Below are positions 29,539-37,994 of a stretch of DNA of 64,000 bases, piece after piece. This DNA comes from a bacterium. Its GTDB lineage: Bacteria; Bacteroidota; Bacteroidia; Bacteroidales; Muribaculaceae. The stretch covers positions 2,798-66,797 of the forward strand of contig SFVH01000003.1 of NCBI GenBank assembly GCA_004561555.1. The letters are read 5' to 3'. Position 1 is the first letter of the stretch; each line of letters opens with the position of its first letter. A model generated the notes under the pieces. It was given only the letters and a program-made list of their open reading frames with translations, did no database searches and was not told where the DNA came from. The position numbers and the translations under genes are program-made.

Positions 29539-30102
29539 ATGACCAACGAAAATATACCTCCATTTCTTAGACGCTATGCAGAGCTATTTATGAGAGCTTT
29601 TGCAACATCCAAGATATATGTAAAGTTTTTAGGAGTAAAAATGGGAAAAAATTGTGCCATTTTTACAAAACATTTTTCCACAGAGCCATACCTTATTGAA
29701 ATAGGCGACGATGTAGCTATAACGGAAGGTGTGTATTTGCATACACATGGAGGGGCAAGAGTAGCATGGAAAAAATACCCAAAATTTGACACTTTTGGGA
29801 AAATAATAATAAAAAACGGAGCTTATATAGGTAGCGGAAGCCATATTATGCCGGGTGTGACAATAGGTGAAGGGGCACTTGTTGCCGCAGGCTCCATTGT
29901 GACAAAATCTGTTCCTGACCATACTGTAGTGGCAGGAAACCCGGCAAGAGTAATCTGCACTGTTGATGATTACATAAACAAAAATCTTCCTTTCAATACA
30001 GACACCAGAAATATGTCATGGGACGAAAAGAAAAAATTTCTTCTATCCATGCCCGAAGAAAAATTTATAAAAAAATATGAAATGCGCGAGCGAAGGCAAT
30101 AG
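29539..30102 (+). CDS. Hexapeptide-repeat (LbH) sugar O-acetyltransferase
   Basis: IEIGDDVAITEGV, IGSGSHIMPGVTIGEGALVAAGSIVTKSVPDHTVVAGNPARV. The track ORF starts at 29476, and I prefer the ATG at 29539 (MTNENIP). Confidence 0.8.
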   Translation: MTNENIPPFLRRYAELFMRAFATSKIYVKFLGVKMGKNCAIFTKHFSTEPYLIEIGDDVAITEGVYLHTHGGARVAWKKYPKFDTFGKIIIKNGAYIGSGSHIMPGVTIGEGALVAAGSIVTKSVPDHTVVAGNPARVICTVDDYINKNLPFNTDTRNMSWDEKKKFLLSMPEEKFIKKYEMRERRQ

Positions 30103-31519
30103 TAGCAGAGCAAAAAAATTTATCACAGACATACTTGTGTATGCTATAGGCACCCTTGGAAGTAAACTTATTACTTTCATGCTTGTCCCTTTATATACCT
30201 TTTTTATTGCTGCGGAGGAATACGGCTATTACGATATCAGTTTGTCAATCACTCTCGTTTTAATGGGTGTGGTTTGTGTGCAAATGAACGATGGTATATT
30301 CCGATTTTTAATTGATGCAAAAGACGAATCGGAAAAAAAGAATTTTATATCTTCCGTTTATTCGATTTTGTTTCGTAACTACCTTATTCTGTGTGGCATA
30401 GCATACGTCTTGTCATTATTTTTTACCATCCCTTATTTATGGGTGATGGTGATATTGTTAATACTGATGGGACTATATGAAATACAAACAAATATTTATC
30501 GCGGCATAGGTCTCAACAAATACTTTGCCATAGCAGGCATACTTACGTCTTTTTTGCTCTTTGCCCTCGTGCTGATATTTGTGGTATGGCTCAAAATGGG
30601 TATTATGGGCATTTTTATTGCGCATATCTTGGCACGCATCTTATCGTTGTCAATAATAGAGCTCAAACTCGGAGTGCTGAAAACCTATCTTTCAATCAAA
30701 AGCATCAGCTCCGCTACAAGCAGCAAGCTACTGAAGTACAGTTTTCCTCTTATGATAAACGGACTCTGCTGGTGGGTTATAAATAGCAGCAACAAGGTGT
30801 TTATTAGCAACTATATAGGTCTTGAAGAAAACGGCAAGTATGCTGTTGTCGTGAAATTTGCCTCCATTCTTATGATTTTGTCAACGATTTTCTACAAAGC
30901 ATGGCAGGAAAACGCACTCCAACAATATCATTCTCCCGACCGGAATAAGTTTTTCTCTTCCATTTTTAACACCTTTGTCTATGGGATGTGTTTTTTGGTA
31001 ATGGTATTTTGTTTCGTACTGAAGATTTTCTATCCGTGGATTGTTGATAGCAACTACTCAGACAATATCATATACCTATATCCACTGGTATTTTCATCAA
31101 TGATTTATTGCATAAACACGTTTTTCGAACTCGGCTACCAATGTTCGCACAATACGGCACGCTCCATGCCAAGCATTATGATAGCGGGCGGGGTGAACTT
31201 AATAGGCAATTTTGTTCTCATCAAATTTTTCGGCACATTCGGAATTATTGCAAGCTCAATTATCTCATTTAGCATTCTTCTGATTTATCGCGCCATTGAA
31301 ACTCGTAGATACTTCACAATTAACATATCGCTCAAGTCATGGCTGATGTTCGCATTTGTGATAGCAAGCGGAGTGACATTCTATTTCACGGAAAGCCTTC
31401 TTTCAAACATTGTATATCTGTTAATTATAATATCTGTTTCTTTGATTTTCATGCCTGCTGAAATAAGAAATAAGGTGCTTGCAATGCACGGCTCTATCAT
31501 TAAAAAATTTAAGAAATAA
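30077..31519 (+). CDS. Wzx-like oligosaccharide flippase (polysaccharide biosynthesis protein family)
   Basis: 480 aa with about 12-14 TM segments and visibly AT-rich codon usage. It overlaps the acetyltransferase stop by 26 nt. Confidence 0.7.
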   Translation: MKCASEGNSSRAKKFITDILVYAIGTLGSKLITFMLVPLYTFFIAAEEYGYYDISLSITLVLMGVVCVQMNDGIFRFLIDAKDESEKKNFISSVYSILFRNYLILCGIAYVLSLFFTIPYLWVMVILLILMGLYEIQTNIYRGIGLNKYFAIAGILTSFLLFALVLIFVVWLKMGIMGIFIAHILARILSLSIIELKLGVLKTYLSIKSISSATSSKLLKYSFPLMINGLCWWVINSSNKVFISNYIGLEENGKYAVVVKFASILMILSTIFYKAWQENALQQYHSPDRNKFFSSIFNTFVYGMCFLVMVFCFVLKIFYPWIVDSNYSDNIIYLYPLVFSSMIYCINTFFELGYQCSHNTARSMPSIMIAGGVNLIGNFVLIKFFGTFGIIASSIISFSILLIYRAIETRRYFTINISLKSWLMFAFVIASGVTFYFTESLLSNIVYLLIIISVSLIFMPAEIRNKVLAMHGSIIKKFKK

Positions 31520-31773
31520 TATGATCGTCACATACTTGATTTGACTATATCGACAGGCGAGTTTGTGTGTTGAACATTTGTTTTGGTCCTTTGCTGATAT
31601 CATATACCTACAATAAAAGACCGCAAGGAAAAAGTATCTTATTAAAGAATAATTGCCCGAATAATAGCTCAATAATTTCACCATTTTTAAAATGGCAAGC
31701 TTGTTTAAATGAAAGAGCCATGACGACAACGCAAAATTTTTTATAAATCGTTGGCACTATAAAAAAAAGTGAT

Positions 31774-31781
31774 TACCTTTG
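31774..31781 (+). promoter_or_regulatory. -7 box (TACCTTTG) for tRNA-Gln
   Basis: Ends 17 nt before the tRNA 5' end. Confidence 0.55.
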
Positions 31782-31797
31782 CAAAACAAAAGGAAAT

Positions 31798-31868
31798 TGT
31801 CCAGTGGTGTAATGGTAGCACTTCGGATTCTGGTTCCGCCTGTGAGGGTTCGAGTCCTTCCTGGACAA
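31798..31868 (+). tRNA. tRNA-Gln (anticodon CTG)
   Basis: Hand-folded. The acceptor stem is TGTCCAG/CTGGACA and the T-arm is GAGGG-TTCGAGT-CCTTC. The anticodon loop TTCTGGT gives CTG, with discriminator A and no encoded CCA. Confidence 0.85.
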
Positions 31869-31871
31869 CAA

Positions 31872-31922
31872 AAGCATCTCTTAAATGTGCTGATTTCAGC
31901 AATTAAGAGATGCTTATTTTTT
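31872..31922 (+). terminator. Intrinsic terminator after tRNA-Gln
   Basis: AAGCATCTCTTAA - 18 nt - TTAAGAGATGCTT followed by ATTTTTT. Confidence 0.75.
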
Positions 31923-31943
31923 GTCAATATGATATAAGCGTAA

Positions 31944-31976
31944 TAAAAAAGGCACCCCACCATAGGTGAGATGCCT
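31944..31976 (-). terminator. Intrinsic terminator after rpsA (minus strand)
   Basis: Minus strand reads AGGCATCTCACC-tat-GGTGGGGTGCCT (12 bp with two G-U) followed by TTTTTT. Confidence 0.8.
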
Positions 31977-32000
31977 CAATATTTGGCTGATAATCAGTGA

Positions 32001-33785
32001 TTACTTTTCGCCTTTAGCAAGTTTCTCCTTGAGAGCGGCCAATTCGGAGATGTCACCGAGAGTGGTCTTTTCAAGCGGAGTGGTCATTGCAGGAGCTGCT
32101 TCGGCTGCTTTAGCCTTCTTAGCTGCCTTCTTAGCTTCAGCCTTTTCTGCCTTAGCTTCATCTTCGAAGATGCGGCTGTGAGAGAGGATGATGCGCTTCG
32201 ACTCCTTGTTAAACTCGATAACCTTGAAGTTGAGCTTCTCATCTACTTGAGCTTGAGTGCCATCTTCTTTTACGAGGTGCTTCGGAGTAGCGAAGCCTTC
32301 CACGCCATAAGGCAATGCGATAACAGCACCCTTTTCAAGCATTTCTACGATAGTACCTTCGTGGATGCTACCAACGGTGAACACTGTTTCAAACACATCC
32401 CAAGGATTTTCTTCGAGTTGCTTGTGGCCGAGGCTCAAGCGACGATTTTCCTTATCGATTTCAAGCACTTGAACATCGATGTCAGAACCGATTTGAGTGA
32501 ATTCACTCGGGTGTTTGATTTTCTTAGTCCAAGAGAGGTCAGAAATGTGAATCAAGCCGTCAACGCCTTCTTCCAATTCAACAAATACGCCGAAGTTGGT
32601 GAAGTTGCGCACTTTAGCAGTGTGCTTAGAGCCAACAGGATATTTTTCTTCGATATTTTCCCATGGGTCAGCCTTAAGTTGCTTAATGCCAAGCGACATT
32701 TTGCGCTCTTTGCGGTCGAGAGTAAGCACTACAGCTTCAACCTCGTCGCCCACCTTCATAAAGTCTTGAGCCGAACGAAGGTGTTGAGACCACGACATTT
32801 CAGACACGTGGATAAGACCTTCTACGCCCGGAGCGATTTCAACAAATGCGCCATAGTCAGCCATAACAACCACCTTACCCTTAACTTTGTCGCCGGGTTT
32901 GAGGTCCGGATTGAGAGCATCCCATGGATGTGGTTGAAGTTGCTTCAAGCCCAAAGCAATGCGCTTCTTCTCATCGTCGAAGTCAAGGATAACAACGTTA
33001 AGCTTTTCGTCGAGCGATACAACCTCGTTCGGGTCGTTAACACGTCCCCAAGAGAGGTCGGTGATATGAATCAAGCCGTCTACGCCGCCAAGGTCGATAA
33101 ACACACCATAGGATGTGATATTCTTGACAGTACCTTCGAGCACTTGACCCTTTTCGAGTTTTGCAATGATTTCTTTCTTTTGTTGTTCCAATTCAGCTTC
33201 AATAAGAGCCTTGTGAGAAACAACGACATTCTTGAATTCTTGGTTGATTTTCACCACCTTGAATTCCATAGTTTTGCCGACAAACATGTCGTAGTCGCGA
33301 ATAGGCTTAACGTCGATTTGCGAGCCCGGCAAGAATGCTTCAATACCAAACACATCAACAATCATACCGCCCTTAGTGCGACATTTGATGTAACCCTTAA
33401 TGATTTCATCATTGTCAAGAGCCTCATTCACACGATCCCAGCTGCGTGCTGCGCGCGCTTTCTTGTGAGAAAGGAGAAGTTGACCTTTTTTGTCCTCTTG
33501 ATTTTCAATAAACACCTCTACAGTGTCGCCGACCTTCAAATCCGGATTGTAGCGGAATTCGCTCATCGGGATGATGCCGTCCGATTTATAGCCAATGTTA
33601 ACCACAGCTTCGCGCTTATTCAAAGCAATTACTGTGCCCTCGATTACGTCCTTGTCCTTAATGGTGTTCAACGACTCATCGTAAGTTTTCACGAGTTCCT
33701 CGCGAGTTTTGCCTGTTTCCACTTGTCCGTTTTCATACGAATCCCAGTCGAAATCGGCAATCGGTGAATTAACTAATTCGCTCAT
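32001..33785 (-). CDS. rpsA: 30S ribosomal protein S1
   Basis: 594 aa with six S1 repeats (G.V...T.FG.FV.L..GV.GL.H.S). The lysine/alanine-rich tail is typical of Bacteroidota S1. Confidence 0.95.
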   Translation of the reverse strand: MSELVNSPIADFDWDSYENGQVETGKTREELVKTYDESLNTIKDKDVIEGTVIALNKREAVVNIGYKSDGIIPMSEFRYNPDLKVGDTVEVFIENQEDKKGQLLLSHKKARAARSWDRVNEALDNDEIIKGYIKCRTKGGMIVDVFGIEAFLPGSQIDVKPIRDYDMFVGKTMEFKVVKINQEFKNVVVSHKALIEAELEQQKKEIIAKLEKGQVLEGTVKNITSYGVFIDLGGVDGLIHITDLSWGRVNDPNEVVSLDEKLNVVILDFDDEKKRIALGLKQLQPHPWDALNPDLKPGDKVKGKVVVMADYGAFVEIAPGVEGLIHVSEMSWSQHLRSAQDFMKVGDEVEAVVLTLDRKERKMSLGIKQLKADPWENIEEKYPVGSKHTAKVRNFTNFGVFVELEEGVDGLIHISDLSWTKKIKHPSEFTQIGSDIDVQVLEIDKENRRLSLGHKQLEENPWDVFETVFTVGSIHEGTIVEMLEKGAVIALPYGVEGFATPKHLVKEDGTQAQVDEKLNFKVIEFNKESKRIILSHSRIFEDEAKAEKAEAKKAAKKAKAAEAAPAMTTPLEKTTLGDISELAALKEKLAKGEK

Positions 33786-33853
33786 TTAAAATTAATTGGT
33801 TAATAAATAAAGTTAATTAATAAATTAGACATTATGTTGATAATAGTCGATTG

Positions 33854-33861
33854 CAAAGGTA
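33854..33861 (-). promoter_or_regulatory. -7 box (TACCTTTG) for rpsA
   Basis: Forward caaaggta, 69 nt upstream of ATG 33785. Confidence 0.5.
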
Positions 33862-33956
33862 CAAATTATTTTTCATTCAGCAATCAATTTCTTCCGTAAA
33901 AAATTATTTTTCAGCAAAATAAGCGTAATAAATCAAAGAGCAAAAATGCGGGTATG

Positions 33957-33989
33957 CAAAAAAGTGTGGCAACCTCCCGATTGCCACAC
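33957..33989 (-). terminator. Intrinsic terminator (minus strand) upstream of the rpsA promoter
   Basis: Minus strand reads GTGTGGCAA-tcgggagg-TTGCCACAC followed by TTTTTTT. Confidence 0.75.
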
Positions 33990-34024
33990 TCCGCTTTCTT
34001 CATTTTACAATAACCAAACAAGCT

Positions 34025-34090
34025 TTATTTATAAGCTTTGGCAGTGATGGTAATATACCATTGCACAGCCTTGAATAAAACCTTTTTCAT
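34025..34090 (-). CDS. Candidate 21-aa small protein (MKKVLFKAVQWYITITAKAYK)
   Basis: Hand-found ATG..TAA ORF. It is bracketed by a TATCTTTG -7 box (34161..34168) about 70 nt upstream and the terminator 33957..33989 about 35 nt downstream. No homology is known to me. Confidence 0.3.
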   Translation of the reverse strand: MKKVLFKAVQWYITITAKAYK

Positions 34091-34160
34091 AGAATCTTAC
34101 TTAAAAAAATACCTAATGAAAAACACACTTTTTACTAACCTTATTACCTTTTTTACGTTG

Positions 34161-34168
34161 CAAAGATA
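34161..34168 (-). promoter_or_regulatory. -7 box (TATCTTTG) preceding the 21-codon ORF
   Basis: Forward caaagata is TATCTTTG on the minus strand. Confidence 0.4.
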
Positions 34169-34254
34169 AGTATAGTTTTTGGAATATGTGTCATCAAAGT
34201 ATGTTTTATAACATACTTTTAACATTTTAACACAACAAAGCACTATGAAAACTA

Positions 34255-35874
34255 CTAAAAATCCGGCTCGCAACCCAATGTAATCACCTCATTAGTAACA
34301 GGATGCTTAAATGAAATCATCATTGCGTGAAGGCAAAGTCGCTTATCGGGCTTTCCATACAGCATATCGCCATGAATCGGCGCATTCAGCCCAAGTGAAT
34401 GGGAAGCGTGAACTCGAAGCTGATGAGTGCGACCGGTGAGAGGTGAAAACAAAATGCGAGTGGTGTGGTCGGGCAGCCGTTCTATCACCTTATAGCGCGT
34501 AACCGCAGCCTTTCCATTGACGAAGTCTACCATCTGTTGCGGACTGTTGGCGTGGTCGGGCGACAAAGGCAGACATATCTTCCCTTCATCATCGACAACA
34601 TTTCCATCAACTATGGCAACATATTGTTTATGTATTTCTCTATTGTTGAATTGGCGCCTCAACTCCACAAATGCTTCGGCAGTTTTTGCCACAATAAGAA
34701 TTCCAGAGGTGTGCATATCCAAACGGTGAGCGATAAGCGGTCCGGTGGCAGCGGGGTATTTACAACGCGCTATCGATTCCACCGACTCTCTATCCGACTT
34801 TCCCGGCACCGACAACATTCCTGCGGGCTTATTCACCACCCACAGCCATTCGTCCTCCAAAATAGTGGTAAGCTTATGACTCAGATTATCGTCTTTCTCC
34901 AAAGGATTATCCTCTACAATCAATCCACGAAGCATAAAATCGAGAATCGGCTTACACTTGCTTGTACAGGAAGGATAAAAATGACCATCGCGACGCACCT
35001 CAGCCGAGAGGGGTTGCCCTATCCAAAATTCCCCCATTGCCAGAGGCTTCATATTTTGACGAAATGCATATTGCAGCATTTTGGGAGCGGCACAATCTCC
35101 GGCACCTGAAGGAGGGAGCTCGCCTCGACTGTCGGCAAAAATTTTGGTGATTGACTTGCTCTCACCGAGAGCATTGAGCATCACAAATCGGTCGAACGTA
35201 AGACGCTGAAGAGCTATACTTCGGCTTTTTCGCTCAGCTTTAAGTGCTTCTATTCGACACTCTATTTCATCCACTGCTGCTTGAGCCTCTTGAATGACTT
35301 TATTATGACGGAGCTTCAGCCGTTTAAGTTCAGCGTTTTGATATTGGCTCTCTCTCACCATCTCCTGCCTCTCCGCCTCAGAAGCCCTCAACATTTTTGC
35401 TCTGCGTTTTTCCTTGCAACGAGCGATAAATTCTTTATATGCGAGGATTTCGTCGGCAGCCACTTGCTGCACCATTTTCAAGCGAGCGTTTACATTAGCA
35501 AGCTCTTCACCTTCAGTCAGGCGGCTCACTTCATCATTAATAGCCGAAATGCGCAGCTCCTCCGGTCGGAAAAACCCATCACGACGTAGCAAGTCGCATA
35601 CCGGCGGCACAAAAAAGCTGCTCCTACCGACATTATGAATCACCCCGGAATAGCCGGCAAGGAAGCCGATACTACCGTCGGAGGTCTGCACCACCAGCAC
35701 ACCGAGCATCTTCCCTTGTTGCAATTCTTGAGCAAGAAGAGGTTGAGAGGCGACATAATCACGCACACTACGAGCCGCTTCCACTACTAAGGGATGCGGC
35801 TCGTAGCAATACGGATAAGTAAATTTCTCGGGACAATCCCGAGCTGTTATATCATTATCAAATTTATGTAACAT
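34255..35874 (-). CDS. RluA-family pseudouridine synthase with ~330-aa N-terminal extension
   Basis: The C-terminal third carries RluA motifs (VVNKPAGMLSVPG, HRLDMHTSGILIVAKT, HQLRVH). The N-terminal part contains a coiled-coil-like charged stretch and Cys motifs (GAGDCAAPKMLQYAF, YPSCTSKCKPIL). The track start 35877 is TTG, so I prefer ATG 35874, which shares one base with the AraC stop (TGATG). Confidence 0.8.
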   Translation of the reverse strand: MLHKFDNDITARDCPEKFTYPYCYEPHPLVVEAARSVRDYVASQPLLAQELQQGKMLGVLVVQTSDGSIGFLAGYSGVIHNVGRSSFFVPPVCDLLRRDGFFRPEELRISAINDEVSRLTEGEELANVNARLKMVQQVAADEILAYKEFIARCKEKRRAKMLRASEAERQEMVRESQYQNAELKRLKLRHNKVIQEAQAAVDEIECRIEALKAERKSRSIALQRLTFDRFVMLNALGESKSITKIFADSRGELPPSGAGDCAAPKMLQYAFRQNMKPLAMGEFWIGQPLSAEVRRDGHFYPSCTSKCKPILDFMLRGLIVEDNPLEKDDNLSHKLTTILEDEWLWVVNKPAGMLSVPGKSDRESVESIARCKYPAATGPLIAHRLDMHTSGILIVAKTAEAFVELRRQFNNREIHKQYVAIVDGNVVDDEGKICLPLSPDHANSPQQMVDFVNGKAAVTRYKVIERLPDHTTRILFSPLTGRTHQLRVHASHSLGLNAPIHGDMLYGKPDKRLCLHAMMISFKHPVTNEVITLGCEPDF

Positions 35875-36755
35875 CAATCAGTATTTCCTTCCGCTCTCAG
35901 TTCAGTAGGCGTTTTGCCAAAGTAATGCTTACAGAAGTTGGAAAAATAAGACACCGATGAGAAACCGTAGCGTTGTGATAAATCGGTGATTGAGCGATTT
36001 GTGTTTTTGATATCCGAAAGCATCCTTTCAGCCTTACGGTCGAGAAGCCATTGCTTTACAGAAGTCTTGAAATGCTTTTTAAACTTACGCTGGAACGTGG
36101 TGACCGGCATATGAGCCAAAGCGGCAAAATGCTTCACGTCGGTAACACTATCGTAATTAGTCATAACCATCTCCTCAAATTTGCGATTGAAGCAAAACAG
36201 AGGATGGAAGAATCGAGCCAAATCCTCACGACTGTAATAATTAATCAGAAGGAAAAACAGCTCTTGACGTTTTGTAGCGAAATAACCTGAACAAGGGATA
36301 CCATCGTCGATAGCATCTAAAGCTGACTGCACGAAAGATTTCAAACGATGATGAATAGGTAGTGCTTGGCTCTGACGCTGCTCGAAATCATCTTCATGGG
36401 AGTAAGTGTCGTGCATTAAGTTGACCAACGAATAGCACGAGCAAAACGGCTCTTTCTCGCTAAATGCCACCGACAGCACCAATGTCCCCGGCTCAATTGA
36501 ACCGATAAAGTAAGAATTGCACGGCACCAAGCCGATACTTCCTGCACTAATCACCTGAACATCAAGCTTATTAATCTTAATTTTGACAACACCCTCAATA
36601 ACAAACAGCAACTTCGAGTAAGTCAATTTTTCTTCCACAAACAGCACATCAGAAGCGCTCCTGCGGTCGATTTTTTTTATAGCTACATCATCCGACGAGC
36701 TATAAAACCCACAATTATTGTGGATTTCAAAGTTACAAATATTCATCTTAAACAC
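35874..36755 (-). CDS. AraC-family transcriptional regulator (cupin-like N-domain + HTH_18)
   Basis: 293 aa with the C-terminal HTH ...SITDLSQRYGFSSVSYFSNFCKHYFGKTPTELR. Confidence 0.85.
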   Translation of the reverse strand: MFKMNICNFEIHNNCGFYSSSDDVAIKKIDRRSASDVLFVEEKLTYSKLLFVIEGVVKIKINKLDVQVISAGSIGLVPCNSYFIGSIEPGTLVLSVAFSEKEPFCSCYSLVNLMHDTYSHEDDFEQRQSQALPIHHRLKSFVQSALDAIDDGIPCSGYFATKRQELFFLLINYYSREDLARFFHPLFCFNRKFEEMVMTNYDSVTDVKHFAALAHMPVTTFQRKFKKHFKTSVKQWLLDRKAERMLSDIKNTNRSITDLSQRYGFSSVSYFSNFCKHYFGKTPTELRAEGNTD

Positions 36756-36900
36756 CTCTCAATTTTAGAATCTGAATACAAAATAAATATAATAGACTCA
36801 AATGAGCAAGAGTTATATATTATTTTGAATTGAATAAAATAATTTTTAACAACTAAAATTATTGTTTTTAAGAGGCTTTTGAGAATTTCCGAAAGCATTC

Positions 36901-37662
36901 TCATAAAATAATATGAAAATTGTCAGAATCAGCAAGCGCAGGAAATTTTGCTCTGAATTTTTGTTGCTTATCAATGTCAATTTCAGCAGTCCATCCACCT
37001 TCTTCACTTCCGACACAAACTATCGGTCTGCCCAAATAATCAATAATTTCGCTACATCCGTTATATTTCAATGACCCATCTTCACCGGTACGATTCACGC
37101 CCACAATATAAGCTTGGTTTTCTACAGCGCGCGCGGGCAACAATGTGCTCCAAGCAGAAATACGAGCTTCGGGCCATGCCGCCACATAGACTGCCACATC
37201 GTAGTCATTGCGACAACGCGAGAACACAGGAAACCGCAAGTCGTAGCAAACTTGCAAAAGAAATCTCACTCCCTCGAAATTTATAATCACACGTTCCTTT
37301 CCCGGCGAGTAATGCTCATCCTCCCCACCAAAACTGAAAAGATGCCGCTTGTCGTAATGCTGCACCTCTCCTTCGGGAGTAATAAAATACATTCTGTTAA
37401 GCAACTTCCCATTGCCATCATTTTCTGCCATGCTTCCCACAATAGCGGCGTTGCGAAGCTTTGCCTGTTGCAGCATCCATTGCCTAATAAAGTGAGAGTG
37501 GTATGGGGCAGAAACATTGTCAACAACGAAACCCGTGGCAAACATTTCGGAGAGAACATAAACATCACTGCTTTCAGCACTATTCATCAGCACCGACAAC
37601 CTATCGAGGGTAGCTTCAACACTACCACTCAGAATGTTATGTTGAATAATTGCTATTCTCAT
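36901..37662 (-). CDS. Carbon-nitrogen hydrolase family amidohydrolase (omega-amidase/YafV-like)
   Basis: MRIAIIQHNI, LSEMFATGF and the catalytic Cys region LLQVCYDLRFP. The preferred start is MRIAII at 37662; the track ORF begins at 37683. Confidence 0.8.
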   Translation of the reverse strand: MRIAIIQHNILSGSVEATLDRLSVLMNSAESSDVYVLSEMFATGFVVDNVSAPYHSHFIRQWMLQQAKLRNAAIVGSMAENDGNGKLLNRMYFITPEGEVQHYDKRHLFSFGGEDEHYSPGKERVIINFEGVRFLLQVCYDLRFPVFSRCRNDYDVAVYVAAWPEARISAWSTLLPARAVENQAYIVGVNRTGEDGSLKYNGCSEIIDYLGRPIVCVGSEEGGWTAEIDIDKQQKFRAKFPALADSDNFHIIL

Positions 37663-37753
37663 AATTCTTCTCCCCGCTTGCAAATTTAATGAGCCAAAGG
37701 CTGTTTTGCAATAGTTTTTGCAAAAAACTGCAAGTTTTATCAGTATTTTTTGC

Positions 37754-37761
37754 TAAGTTTG
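37754..37761 (+). promoter_or_regulatory. -7 box (TAAGTTTG) for tatA
   Basis: 24 nt before ATG 37785. Confidence 0.45.
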
Positions 37762-37784
37762 CACTAAATAAGCAAAAAATTGTA

Positions 37785-37988
37785 ATGAATATGTGTAATT
37801 TATTGTTATTTATGGGGTTAGGCACAGGTGAGCTCGTTGTTATCGCACTTGTGGTGCTCCTTCTCTTCGGCGGCAAAAAAATCCCGGAATTGATGAAAGG
37901 CTTGGGAAAAGGTGTGAAGAGTTTTAAGGAAGGCATGAACGAAGTAAAAGATGAAATAGAAAAGCCTGCTGAAAGCGACAAAAAATAA
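37785..37988 (+). CDS. tatA: Twin-arginine translocase subunit TatA/E
   Basis: [38 protein letters not shown]. The start was chosen at the internal MNMCN of track ORF 37689..37988. Confidence 0.85.
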   Translation: MNMCNLLLFMGLGTGELVVIALVVLLLFGGKKIPELMKGLGKGVKSFKEGMNEVKDEIEKPAESDKK

Positions 37989-37994
37989 CAGCCG

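Noticed and set aside
31757-31963. 68-aa minus-strand ORF
   Set aside because: It overlaps the well-folded tRNA-Gln and both flanking terminators, so it is spurious.
32178-33767. 529-aa ORF on the plus strand, fully antisense to rpsA
   Set aside because: This is a shadow ORF. It is exactly co-extensive with the strongly recognisable S1 gene, and its translation is low-complexity (F/L/V/N/H-rich) with no motifs. It has no promoter box or start context, and highly expressed genes with biased codons commonly leave the antisense frame open.
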